Source: Chiloscyllium plagiosum (Eukaryota). From it: 64,000 nucleotides of DNA. Below the pieces are notes generated by a model, which was not told the origin of the DNA, made no database searches, and was given only the letters and a program-made list of their open reading frames with translations. The stretch's first letter is position 1. Each line of letters opens with the position of its first letter. The stretch is taken from positions 78,401,156 through 78,465,155 of the forward strand of contig NC_057711.1 of NCBI RefSeq assembly GCF_004010195.1, read 5' to 3'. Both the position numbers and the translations under genes were made by a program. Below, one piece after another: positions 25,626 to 38,611 of this stretch.

Positions 25626-28600
25626 CCAAAATATTTAAAAATGGTTATGCAAGATTAGATCCTACCTTCTAGCTACTCAACCTCAATTAGATACATCAGT
25701 TGAGGAAACTGATGGCGCATGCTGTGCCTGAACCTGATTCTTCTGATCCTTCAGCCAGGCTCAATTCCACAACATGAGTATTTTCCAGCACTGGCACATA
25801 CATCTCTCTTTGTCAATGAGGTACTGGCATTGGTCACAGAGGCCAGCAGTGTCTCAGCTCTCAATCTTTTATCATTGCAGGAGAAAAGGGCACAAAACAC
25901 ACAAGAGAAATGGTGTCCCATCTTCAAATCACAACTGCCATGTTCAAGGGAACTGAGCTTCTCCAGGGATTTTACTCTAAATGAATCAAATCTACTCAAT
26001 GTTTTTAAAATGTAATGTCCTCCGTGCATGTGATAACTTCACTCAAATGAAGCTGTTTTCATGCTCTTTTCATCTTTGCATCACTGAACAGAAATTCTTA
26101 CATCTGATCTGAGGGTTAATGTTCTTGCTGTCCAAGCTGCTCACTGTGATTGCACACCACTGATTCTTTTTTTAAATTACTTCGACCACCAGTAATGTTG
26201 CTCCTGTGGATCACAGGATATTTACACACAGTAACTAACACAGTAACAATAAGGATAGTAATGCAAGAGATACAATCACTCACTTCGCGATCCTAAGTCA
26301 ATTCTTTTCTTTATCAAATTATATTCTGGTCTTCTTATTTCAATCACTGTGATTGAATTTCACAGTCCTTCATTACTGAGAGAATTATAGCTGACTGGTA
26401 TATTTTACTTCACCATTAACTATGTATTTAGTTGCAATTTTTGAAGGCAAAAAAAAAAGATGTACAAGTTAGAAGTTAGATATCTACTGTTTAGCAGTAT
26501 CAACAATGTGAAATGAATTAACGACACAAGGACAGTCACAGGAGTGTAGGAAATGGTAGCACTACAGTGTGGACCTGGGATTTGGAAAAATTGTTATGGG
26601 AATTCTGGTTTTTGAAAACCATGCACAACTGTCACTGGTCTCAGATAGCATTTAGGCCCTATTGAATGACAGAACAGAAATGAAAAAATGGTACTTGGCT
26701 CATGAGTGAATACCTAGGATCTATCTGAAGTGCTGTGGAGGACACGGGCTGGAGATCTCAGGGTGGGCAGTATTCAAGATCTGACAGTACTATTTTGAAA
26801 CTATTTAAGATGACTGATTATTAAATTTGCTCTTCCATGTTTGCATTTGATTCCAGGAAATACATCAATCTTTTATGCTCTCAGTTTCTTACCTCCTGTT
26901 GCTGCATTTCTCACAGGCACTAATAATTAGAAAGTTTTCCATTTTTAACCAACAAGACATTGGCATTAATTACAAAATATATGCTTATTTCAGAAACTGA
27001 ATTTAAAACTTATTTTTACCTTATTTTGGATATCAATTGGTAGGGTTTCCACTTGGCCTTAAATAGAGAAATTGTAATTAAAAACTCTTTTTGGATGACA
27101 GGTCAAATTTTTGATTTTTTTTTTGCATAATCATCATTGCGAAGTGTTCCATGAACTGGCAGAATTTTGAACAGCACAACAGAAATTTTCATATACGGAA
27201 AAAAATAATTTAAGGGTGATAATCTGGCCCAGTTCTAAAATTATATTGACGCAGTACCAGCTACAAGATTTCCGTGAAAAATCCTGATTTAACCCAACAG
27301 AAAAGTTTTAAAACAATAATAAATTATTTACTACATGCATCTACTAACACTACAATACAAAGTATTTATTTTTTGAAATGAAGAAAACTTTTAATGTACT
27401 AACCATTACCTGCGTAAAGAAAATGAGTTCAATTTAGACAGCCTCCCTTCATTAATTCCAGTGTAACTGCTGGAACCTTGGAATTTCAACCTTGTGTGCA
27501 CCAGCTTTCACAGGAAAATTAAATGTTCAACATGTGGCAAAGAATGTGGAAAACAAAAAAACTGAATAATTTGGGGGCAAAAATCACATTTAACATTACC
27601 TAATCTTTTACAGAGGTTCGACAGGTTCAGCCTAAATTGCCATATTACTACTGCTGTAATCAAATAGGAAATCTATTCCAGAAATTAATTACTAAGACAA
27701 CATTGTGGGCAAGAAGTTTGTTTTCCAAATGGATTCAAGTGAGCCATCAATAAACTGGTGACAAAGAGCTGTAATTTACTGTCAAAATAATATTGAACAT
27801 TATCAATAAACTAGTGCAACAGCAACTTCTGAAAGCTAAAACACAGAAATTTAAAGGTTGCTCATCAATTAAACAGTGTGATTAAATTCAATATAACAGG
27901 TTCAGTGTTGACCATTTCAGTCCAAGTTTCCTTTAATCCAAATATACTTAACAGTCTGCTAAGTGTTAACTATAGCGAATCAATATCTCTACCAGTGAAA
28001 ATTAGCCATCACAAATCGTAATTTGACAGATTTTTGAAAGTACAATTTTTCTTTTAATATTTACTTCTGTAACATTTCCTGTTTTTCTTTCTTTTTCTCT
28101 TAAACAGGCTATTACTTCCCTTTTGTACTCAATTTGATATTCCTATTCTTCTCAAACATGAAGGAATAGAAGTGTTGATCATGATCACTCAGATCTCAGA
28201 TGCCTGGTTTATCTTTCTGAAACATTTTTTCAGATTCTGCAACTTATCTCAAAAGATTTCAAATACCTACATATGCCATAACAAATCTAATTAATGACAG
28301 ATTTCTCAGATGCCCTATGACATCAAATTGGCACTGAATATTTTCATGCAGTTTTCCTGATACAAGATGTTTACTTAGGCACTTTCTATCACAAAATACT
28401 GCTCAGAGGTAGGAGTGTGACCCTATATTCTTTGACACCGCTCCTGCACTGCATATTCTTTTAAGATCCAGCCAACAAAAATGAACTAAAATATCGATGC
28501 CAAAATAAAAATACATTTGTCACTATTATAATTAATAGGTGATTGAGATAATTAATGAATGAATTAATTGAATCAGTTCTATATGATTTTTAGGGTCACA

Positions 28601-29399
28601 GCGTAAGGCTGCTTTCAAGGGTGGAATTTTGAACTCCTAGCTCCAGCTAAAACAGCAGGATGTTTTGAAGGTCAAGGCTCACGGGGTTCTGCAGCATGCT
28701 ATGCTGCGGTTCTTTACCAGAGTCAAACCATCAGCATCCCGCTTCTGGATTTCCCAATCATTAGGTTGGGTGGGATGACTTATCAAATGCCCAAGGAATT
28801 ACAACAAACAACATGGGACAGAAAGGCTTAACGGGACATGGAGATTTCAAGTTGTAGTTTTAAGGTTCCTGAAGATCCTGCTGTGGGATCTAAAGAACTG
28901 CACTAAGGAGGAATCTCCCTAAAGTGGAGAAAAAGACAAACTGCATAAATCAAGCAAATGTGCATGGAGGAAGCCAAATAAATTAGCTGCAGAGGTATGC
29001 TCCCCTGAAAGTGACTGAAACAATTCTCCTTCAAGAACCTCAGGGCAACAAGGCAGGTGATTGGTGTACCACCACTTATATTCTGCCTCCCCTGACATTA
29101 TCCTGCATAATTTTCTTTAAAATAATATACAGCACAGCTCTACTTTTTATTTCTCTGGGCTCCTCACACCATATTTAATGACCAGTCATTCACATTCACC
29201 CTTTTTCTAATCTCAACGATAGGAATAATGCTATCTGGTCAGGAATGACAACATCCCATCAGCAAAAAAGGACATGAGAAAATTTCAGATTCATGGTCAA
29301 AATACCTCGGAGTTAAAACTGAGTCATAAATAGCTGATCCAACTTAAAGTGATGAGTTCACTATTTTCACTCAGTTGGTAATTAACAAAATTTAGTATC

Positions 29400-30000
29400 T
29401 GTATTCAATAAACTGATCTCAGTAGGGATAGGAGTAGCTGCAAAGAAGTCCTGCTTCATTTGTATAAAACACTAGTTGACCACACCTGGAGTGGTGTTTC
29501 AGGTCTGGTCCCAACGACTATGGAAGGATATAGCTACAATAGTGAGAAGTCGGCAGAGATTCACTCGAATGCTTCCTTTGATGGTGGGACGGCCCTACAA
29601 TAGGAGACTGGTCCTGTGGTCCCTAGATGTAAGAATAAAAGGGAATCTCTTGTAATTTATAATTCTTAAAGGGAAAGACTGAGCAGATGCAGGAAGAATG
29701 TTTTCCTTTGTTATGGGATCTAGAAATGGGACTCAGTCTCATAATAAAAGCCAAGTTATTTAGGGCTGAAATGAGGAGGAACTTCTTCACTCACTCAGAG
29801 ATGAATCATAACAAATTCTTGACCCAGAGGGCTGTAGAAGTTCAGTCACTCATTTAACTAAGTTCAGAACTGAGATGAATCGATATCTAGTTTCTAATGA
29901 CATCAATATATATGGGGAAAATGATGTTAAAGTAAATGACCAGCCATGATCTAGCAGGCTTGAAGGACCAATTGGTCTACTTCTGTTCTTATCCATGAAG
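29400..30000 (+). mobile_element. Old CR1 3' fragment
   Basis: LYKTLV.PHLE-like motif, aacttcttcactca, and a 3' UTR caggcttgaaggaccaattggtctacttctgttctta. Confidence 0.7.
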
Positions 30001-30451
30001 TTTGAGAAAAAAAAACTAATTGAGAGGAACAGAATTGACCCAAAAAGAGAAAAATTAACAAGAGGAATAAAAGAGGAAGAGAAGTTCTCTGGAAGGCAAC
30101 ATGCCCAGAGACTCTAGTCATCCTCCCATACATCAAAGATATTTCAGAGATGACTACCAGATCATTCTGGCCCCGAGGCATCATGGTAGCCCACAAACCT
30201 ACTACAACACTAAAACAACTACTGAAACATTTAAAGCACCCCATAACCACAGCCAGCAGAATGAACATAATATCCAAAATATTCTCCAAGGACTGCAACA
30301 AACATTACATCCGACAAACCGGCAGGAAACTAGCCACCAGGATACATGAGCACCAATGAACCACAAAAAGATATGACCAACTATCACTGGTATCCTTACA
30401 CACAGACAAAGAGGGACACCAGTTCGGCTGGGACAATGCATCTATCTTTGG

Positions 30452-31118
30452 TGTCATCCCATTTCCTCCCTCAGTCGAAGCAAAATGCCTCCTTCATCCT
30501 TATTCCAGTCCCTGGAGGGAGAGAGAACAATCACCCATGTGCACAGAGACTAGAACATAGAACATAGAAGAATACAGCGCAGTACAGGCCCTTCGGCCCT
30601 CGATGTTGCGCCGATCCAAGCCCACCTAACCTACACTAGCCCACTATCCTCCATATGCCTATCCAATGCCCGCTTAAATGCCCATAATGAGGGAGAGTCC
30701 ACCACTGGAGTTCACAGTCTTCTCTGGAATAGCAGTTTTTTAATGAATTATATTGTCATTGTATAGGGAGGAGCATCCAGATACGGCAACATACATATTG
30801 ATTGGGTAACAGTTACAATCAGCAAGCATCAACAGTAAAGATTTAAGCCATCTGCTGCTACTCAAGGAGTGTTCTTAACCTTAACTGGCTTCACATAATG
30901 AATACTTTTCACCTTGTTAAACTGACCTTACAGACCAAATGCTTCTAATATTGTTAAATGGCTCTACCATAATGAATGCTTTTCCACCTTGTTAACCTAT
31001 TGACCAGCATCCCATTGTTAACTACAAGTTCTCATGTGATCCGAGTCATATTCAGCTGAACCTCTTTTCACAAAACTTAACTCTTTCCCTACCTGCTCAT
31101 ACACGATACACGTTCTCA
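30452..31118. mobile_element. Possible solo LTR inserted into the Penelope ORF
   Basis: The insert begins TG and ends CA and has internal ~28-bp repeats (cataatgaat.cttttc.accttgttaa). The TSD is not clean. Confidence 0.35.
30551..30706 (-). mobile_element. Young CR1/HER1 3'-end fragment
   Basis: (agaacat)n tail and caggcccttcggccc 3' UTR in reverse orientation; CpG-rich. Confidence 0.8.
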
Positions 31119-34100
31119 CTGAGACAGGCCAAACAAAGACACACACATGAATACCAAGAGGCCTGGCATTCAAATCGAAACTCCATTAACAAACGTATAG
31201 ATTTGGACTCCAATTACCAATCTCTCAGAAACAGAACCAGAAATTACATCATCCACAACACATCAAGATACATAAACAGCAAATGGGACAGAACACCAAC
31301 ACTTCATTGGAGGCACACTGATGGTGTTACCTCGCAAGGTGATGAAACATCCGAAAACAAACCCATCAGCTCAAAAATCAAACCGAAAACCAGATTAATG
31401 TTTGTTGTTGGTCCTTAAATTGATATAGGGACCCTTGAAAATCGAAATCATATAGTGGAAAAAAAATTAGGAAGACGGATACACTTTGCAAGTTAGGCAC
31501 AACCTCCATGAAACAAAGCAAATATTCAATATTACAGATTACACTTTATTAAAGTAGCCTGAGGAACAGAGCACAGTAGAGAAAACAAAATCTCACTCAA
31601 AGCATCGAAGACACTTCCTGCCCCATCCACACATTCTATTTCAATAAAACCAACTATAAAGACAAAATCGGATCGGTGCTTGTTGATTTCAACCACAGAT
31701 TACACATTAATTTACAAAATGCCTCCATTTCATTCTGAAATGTAATCTTGAGCTCTCTCGTGGTTTAATTATCTGACATACTTATACTTTTTCTACATTG
31801 TCCCAGAGAAGCTCAATACAGTTCAGAGAAACAGAACTGCCATTTTCTCCTAGATATTCTGCAACTGTCTGGCCTTAATATAATCTTCAAAAGTGTTTTT
31901 CCTTCCAGAGTTTTGGACCAGTGGGGCTTTTGCCAGGTTTTCAATACTCCTCCCAATTTAACTGATCTACTTTAATTATTCACACATTCTCTGATAGCTT
32001 TTATTTCTCTATATACTCATCCTACCTCTTTGTCTCACACTATTATCACTTCTGACAATTAACAATATCCTGTTCTCCACCAAACTGCTTTACAGCTCGG
32101 CATTTTAATTTTTTGGCATATGGTTGCCCTTTCTCTTTTCCTTCACAACATACCTTACAAGCTGTTTCATGTGTAATATTTTTGGATCCTGATGAGAAAC
32201 AATGCCTAGAATGTTCAAATGTTGATTTACTCCATAGATGCTGAAATCTGACATGTGTGCTTGCCAGTTTTTAGCACTTCTGTTTCAGATTTCCAGGTTC
32301 TGCCACATTTTTGCTTTTACATTTTAAATTGCACAGTCTTTGATTCTCTTCCAGAGATGTGTATGGTATATCTGTAATGGTAGCATGCCTGATTCATTAA
32401 AAACGTACATACACTAATTCACTGAATGCATTCCCAGGCTGGTTTGTGGTAAATAATGGGAATTTTGAGTGGTTTTTCCCCCGAATTGGAAAGAAATCAA
32501 TTACACTTAGTTTACCATTCCACCTCCAAAATGTTCAGAGATCTTAGATTTTGCCATTTTAGAGGAAAAACTGATTTTAAAGATCAGCTTCATAAATCAT
32601 TGAAAACAACATACAAGGTAGTGCTGAATAGCATCTCTATATTTTGAATCAGCTATCCATTTTTTATACAGTTTTCATCTTTCCATCATAAAATGAATCC
32701 ATTTCAGGAAAGTGGTGATTATTAATTGATGCTTGTATTATCTTACAAACAGTTACCAAACCCAGAATCACTGATGGACAAGCTTGAGCAGTTAAACTTC
32801 TGCAAATGTGTGCCATAAGACTTTATGTATACTAATGGGAGATAACTACATTCTTAACTGCCATGACATGGTAACATTACTAATGCCCTTGTGGTGCACC
32901 TGTGTAGTTCACCTATTTGAATTACACGTTTATTGCAGTACACTTACAACAGACCTTGAAGTGAAATGAAGCAAAGTGGACTCATGTAGAGTGATTATAT
33001 TTCATGTTGCGCTACTAGATCTGTCAACTAACACAATCTGTCAGTAAAACCTTTCAGGAGCTGGCAACAAACCAAGGTAATGAGCAATTTGTTAACTGTA
33101 AAATACATGCCCTAGTATGGATATAAAATAACTTTAAAAATTGTAAGTCTTCATATTTTGCATTGTGACAATGTATTTTGTCGATTTAAGTCATATTTGA
33201 TTTACACTCAAGCTTACAGTGAAATTCCTGAGATTAATGAAGTCACCAAACTAGTATTCCTACATCATTAATGTACATAAATTTTGAAATCATCTCCTAA
33301 ATATGACAAAATACTGCACTGCAACACATTCAGGGCTTAAATAAAAGGTATATGGTTTGTAATATTCTAGTCTGAATATTGGAAACAAATATTAACATGA
33401 GCAGTGATTGGCAATGCGGACATTTCACTTCCATTTGTTTACATACTTAAAAAGCTCTTCTTTTGAATTTTGAATGAAATTATGCATTAGAGGCTCACAG
33501 ATCTTTTACAAGCTCAAATGATAACTTAATCATCATACATCTTTTAACAACGTAGTATTTTCTACAAATAAATCTGGGACCTGTGTCAATGAAAAAGCAA
33601 CAGTATAAATGCTTTCACTAATTTGTAGAATGCTTACATCAGCAAATCTGAAATAGGATCTAAAAGTTGAAATATTTAATGTAAAATTATGTACAGAAAG
33701 GAAAATAAAGAAACAAAATAAATGAGACTAAGACAAAGGGTAAGAAAAATGAGACAACTTTCAAAATAAGATCGCCCATAATTAAAATCTGAAGGAATGA
33801 CGTTTCATTTAAATTTCAGTGCAGATTGTTTGGTAATTCAAACTAATGAGATTAAGAAATACATTATAGTTGAGTATACAAACAATAACTCTCAGGGAGG
33901 TGGCTTGTGTGGCAAAGTGTGGGGAAGAAGCCAAACCTAACAACAGTTCCCTGATTTCAGCACTTTCCTACAGGTGCAGATGCTGGAAAGTGCGATCTGG
34001 TTTATACCTAAATAACAGTAGATGCTGTTTTTCTTACTGTTATGCCAAACACAACATTTGAATTTTTAAAAATTGCACTCATGCTAAAAAACACCTTCTA

Positions 34101-36560
34101 AAGGAAATACTCAACAAATGGACATCTTAATAAATCATGCCAATAGCCAGATTTCAGTTTGCCCATTTGGTGGCCCATCTGAATATTCAAGCAAGGAGGA
34201 GTAAACCAGGTTAATCTCAATTCTACCGTCATATCTTGACAAGAGGGAATTTCAAATGTGTATGCAATTAAAGCTAGCAAATAACTGCAAACATTTGTGG
34301 TAAAATTAGTATCTTTATTGCAACATACAGAATATTCTGGCTACTTTTTCATGAAAGATCTTAACACAATTAAAACTTCCCACTCTGAAAAATATACATC
34401 TATTCCTATGTAACACAGGCCTAGGGACACAAACACAAAATGATGTCAAGAGCCTAGCCTTGTAACTTATTTATACTCAGAATATGAAAACCTAATTAGG
34501 CATGTTTTTTCCTAAGCTGAAAAAGCAAATTTAGGAGCCAATATTATTAAAGGAATAAGCACTGTTTCCTCAAAATTTGCTTTCATAATTTCAACATTAG
34601 CATCAAAGGAAACCACTTCCTAACTACCAATCTTATCTAATGACAAAAATGTCCAGTTTTGCTCCAACATTACAACTGCTCCTTCCTTGAATCTAAGCTT
34701 AGAGAGTGACATGTTCATTTGAGTTAGATTGTACAGAAACTCTGGTGAGTACAGGTTGTTACCAACATCTTCAACTATATAAATCAACTGTGATGATTCT
34801 AATAATTTACTTCATAGCTTTACTGAAACATTTTCATTCAAATCTAATGCAGAGCAACATTAATTATGAGCATAAAGATTAGCTTTTAAATAGCAAGTTG
34901 CATTACATAATTATCCTGCTATTTTGCTACCATTAATCAACTCCTTGATCCCATTTGTCCCTTTCATGCTTTCCATGCATGATGCCATTTCACACACCAT
35001 TCCCTTTCCAATTGTTCCAGCTGTCACGGAAATAATCTCTTCAACTAGGATAACTTCAACACTGAGATGCCCTTATCTTTTAGTATTTTCTTCAGTACCA
35101 TCCACAACCTTGGCCACTAGCTATTAGAAGTCACATGTGCATCACACATTCCAATCCTCCACACATCCCTTGTGTCTCCACATGCATCAAACACTCCCCA
35201 CCAACACATCCACCCCTTAAACTGACCAATCAGAACAGTCCAGACCAACAGCAATAAAAGTATCATCATAATAAAATTACTAAACTATCAGCTTGTAGAA
35301 GAAAATTTACAGATTGCTCTTCATGTGCTTAGGCAATAGCATGGGCCTAAACAGTCAACTTATACTGAGGCTACCAGGGGTAAATGCCTAAAAAGCAATT
35401 TGCGTACTTTCTTGAAATTTAACTGCCTCAATTATCAGTTCAGAATCATAGGCATTTCTGAAGAATACTACCTGTATTTCTGCATCATTTCTTTATGCCT
35501 GCTTGTATCTAAATTGAATATATGAGAAAGAACGTAGAACAAAATATCAATTGCACGCCTTTGTATAGCGCACTCTCGAATCATTAACAATCCTGCACCG
35601 CCGGGTTTTAAATTTAATTGAAAATCTTAGTTTCTGTTGTGTCTCCTGCAACTAGCAGAGGTTGGTAGAATACATGGATATTGATTTATATCCTCAAATC
35701 ACAAAATGTTCAAATCCAGTAATTACAATTTCAAAAGGTATTATTTTCAAAACATGTTGAGGGCATAAATGTCCTATTTTTGTTCCACCATTCACAATAA
35801 GATTATGTTTGATCTGCGATCTAATTCCATAGCCAAATGGGGTCTTTGTTACATATCCCTTCATGCTTCAAGATATTGTCCGCTGACATGCTTTTTACAA
35901 TTTTGTAACATAACATTTTTAAAGCATGAGAAGTTAAAAGTATTCAAGGCTACAAACTCTGAACCTAGACTAATAAGTAACTTCAAAGATGTCACCATAA
36001 GAACAGGTCACTGCAACAATGAGCACAGCTTTATACCTTCACACCATTCAGATTCCTACAATTACTTTTTAAATGCAAAAATATGACCACTTCTATGACT
36101 CAAAGCCCTGCATCGGTCCTCTTTAGAAGGTAGACTTTCATCTCATGATGACAGATGGTAACAGAAAAACTGAGGTACGAAATTAAGTCCAAAAACAGAA
36201 GAGGCGGGGTTTTTGGGAACTTGAGTGCATAGATGAAGTATAATAAACTATTGATTCTAGATGTTGTATCATTTTATTTCTCATCCTTTAGACTTTGATA
36301 CAAATAGAAGCGTACAAAAATAGTTCAGGAGTACAGGTAGGATTCTACAAGTTGAATCTGCAAATCATATCTGACTTGCCAATACAGAAATACTGATTCT
36401 CAGCTAATATTGAGATAATAATGTTCAGTAAAAGCACACGTTACATCAACTTTATAGAATACTGACCCATACAACTATCAAAGCATTCTGACCTTTTGTT
36501 GTAGGTCTGGACTAGTGAAGGACTAAATGCCAAGTAATACATTCTAACTGTGGAGAGGTG

Positions 36561-36759
36561 ATTTGGAGGTGCCGGTGTTGGACAGGGGTGGACAAAGTCA
36601 AAAATCATACACAACACCAGGTTATAGTCCATTTTGAAGCAGTAGCTTTCAAGGCACTGCCTCTTCATTAGTTCACCACCTGAAGAGGCAGCACCTCAAA
36701 AGCTAGTGCTTCCAAATAAACCTGTTGGACTACAACCTGGTGTTGTGTGACTTTTAACT
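36561..36759. mobile_element. Short fold-back PLE-derived element (family 3), 13-bp TSD
   Basis: Inverted arms (cacaacaccaggttatagtcca / tggactacaacctggtgttgtgtg) and two degenerate hammerheads ending (G/A)AAAGCTA. TSD ctgtggagaggtg at 36548-36560 and 36760-36772. Confidence 0.8.
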
Positions 36760-38285
36760 CTGTGGAGAGGTGTCTCTCATTGAAAAGATATTCAAGTGCT
36801 GCAACTTTCAAATGCCTCCTCTGCAATACATATTGTTTCTGCAATCCATTATTGTCTTACAATTTCAATTTGATTAACTTCTGCTTATAATAGACTATAT
36901 TACAGGAACTGAAATAGAAAATCAACATGATTTGGTTGAATGTCAAAGAACAGGCTTGAAATTCACTCGTGCTCCTTGTAATTAACCTAGGAAATAAAGC
37001 TGTCTGATGAGATGAGATTTCTTTGCTACAGGCAATTTGAAAAATGTTTGTTAAACATTTGATTGCATGATTTCCTCAAATACATTACAGTCCACAACAA
37101 CTTATGGCAAAAATTTCAAATGTGGACTCAAAACTACTCAATCTACCAGAAAATTTTAAATTATTCTAGCCTCTTAGTATTAAGATGATGGTGGCCTTGA
37201 GATCTAAAACTTAATTCTGTAAATGAAAGAGTAACAATTCAAATTATTTTGGAGCCGAAACAACCATCGAGGAACTCCAAGTGTGAGTTCGTAGGTGCTG
37301 TCTGACTGATCCAAATGCATTCAAGTTTCCAAATCAGTTGAATTTCTCAACTGATTTTAGCTAAAGAGCCAAATAACAAGAAAGAGAAATGCAATATTGA
37401 CAAGCCTTGCAAGATAATGAGGGCAGCATGCTGCTTCCTTGAACACTGGACTTTACAAAATTGTTAGATATTTTAGCTTTTTAATTTGTTATGTCAACCT
37501 ACTAAGGAAAATGCAAGTGCAATGACTTTCAAATCCTGAGCATAACAGACATCATGTCTCCTTGATATGATCTGTGATACTCCTTCCATCTGGAAAGAGC
37601 TCCTGAGATCAACAACTTCAAATTCTCTTCAAGCGAACTGGTCTTGCAAATACTAGAGGAAATCCTAGACAAAATAACTTTTTGGACAGATTTTCAAATC
37701 ACTCATCAAATTAAAAGTTGTCATCTTTTTTGGAAAATATTGAATGTAATTCCAGTCAAATTTCCACTGCAACCAAAGCTGCTACTTAAGGCTTGCAACA
37801 AAGTTGATTTTTATGGCCCTACTTTCCTTTGTATTTTTCTCATGACTCTAGGCTTAAAACAACATATCAGCCCTTTTCCAATTCTGAAAGATAGGTCATG
37901 CTTTACACATAGTGAGGTCAAGCTATTGGAACCATGTTTAGGATGAGTTTAAAATTCTGTTGGTATTCTTTGAAACATTTCAAAGTATTGTCCAGAGACA
38001 CATTTCCCACCCACCCATGCACCCCCAAAAAAGAAGATCCAGGAACTTTAGTGTATACTTGCTGGAAAGCCTGTGATTTTCAGTTGCATTATTAAGTAAC
38101 AATACCTTGGCAGAAGTCCTGGTCTTTCAGTCAAGAGCATCCAAGTTGGAGTAGTTTGCCTCTTTAGACAATATTCTTTGTTTCAGCTTGAATGCTGTTT
38201 TATTTGCACTGAAGCCTGCGCTGATTAACCACCTATATGGGGAAATCATCAGCTTATGAATAACAGCCAAAAGAAGGAATGAACA

Positions 38286-38611
38286 AACTTGCAATTTATT
38301 TTGTGCCTTTCACATCTTTAGGAGATCCCAAAGACTTTGACACGAAGACTAGTTTAAATCATTGCTATGTAGGCAATTTGCATACAAGGTCCACAAATAC
38401 AATGAGATTTATGGGTAGTTAATGTGCATGCATTTACACTGATTAATGTAGACACTTTCAGCCAGAAAGAACTCCTCTGCTCTTCAATGAATAGCATTGT
38501 AGAAGCGCGTAGATCCACTTCAAACAGCTAGGCTATGGCTCTATGACCTCAATTTAATATTCAAAAGGAAGCATCCTGGATGGTGAAACATTTCCTCAGT
38601 ACTGCACTGAA
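38286..38611 (-). mobile_element. Deu-domain SINE remnant (SacSINE1/AmnSINE1-like)
   Basis: Minus strand reads cagtgcagtactgagga...gaagagcagaggagttct...ctttgggatctcctaaagatgtgaaaggcac..attgcaagt, matching my recollection of the Deu domain and its tail. Confidence 0.65.

Larger units (their letters stand above)
30075..31385 (+). mobile_element. Penelope GIY-YIG 3' fragment + pLTR, split by a ~670-bp insertion
   Basis: LPYIKDISEMT...KDCNKHYIRQTGRKLATRIHEHQ...FGWDNASI, then at ~31120 QAKQRH..EAWHSNRNSINKRIDLD. Degenerate hammerhead CA-CTGATGG-T-GTTACCT..AGGTGAT-GAAACATC at ~31316-31352. Confidence 0.88.

Noticed and set aside
25719..26029. Overlapping ~95-aa ORFs on both strands
   Set aside because: No identifiable homology or splice structure.
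27404..27428. Minus-strand ACTCATTTTCTTTACGCAG-GTAATG resembling a recursive splice site
   Set aside because: One such motif in 64 kb can arise by chance, and the host transcript and strand are unknown.
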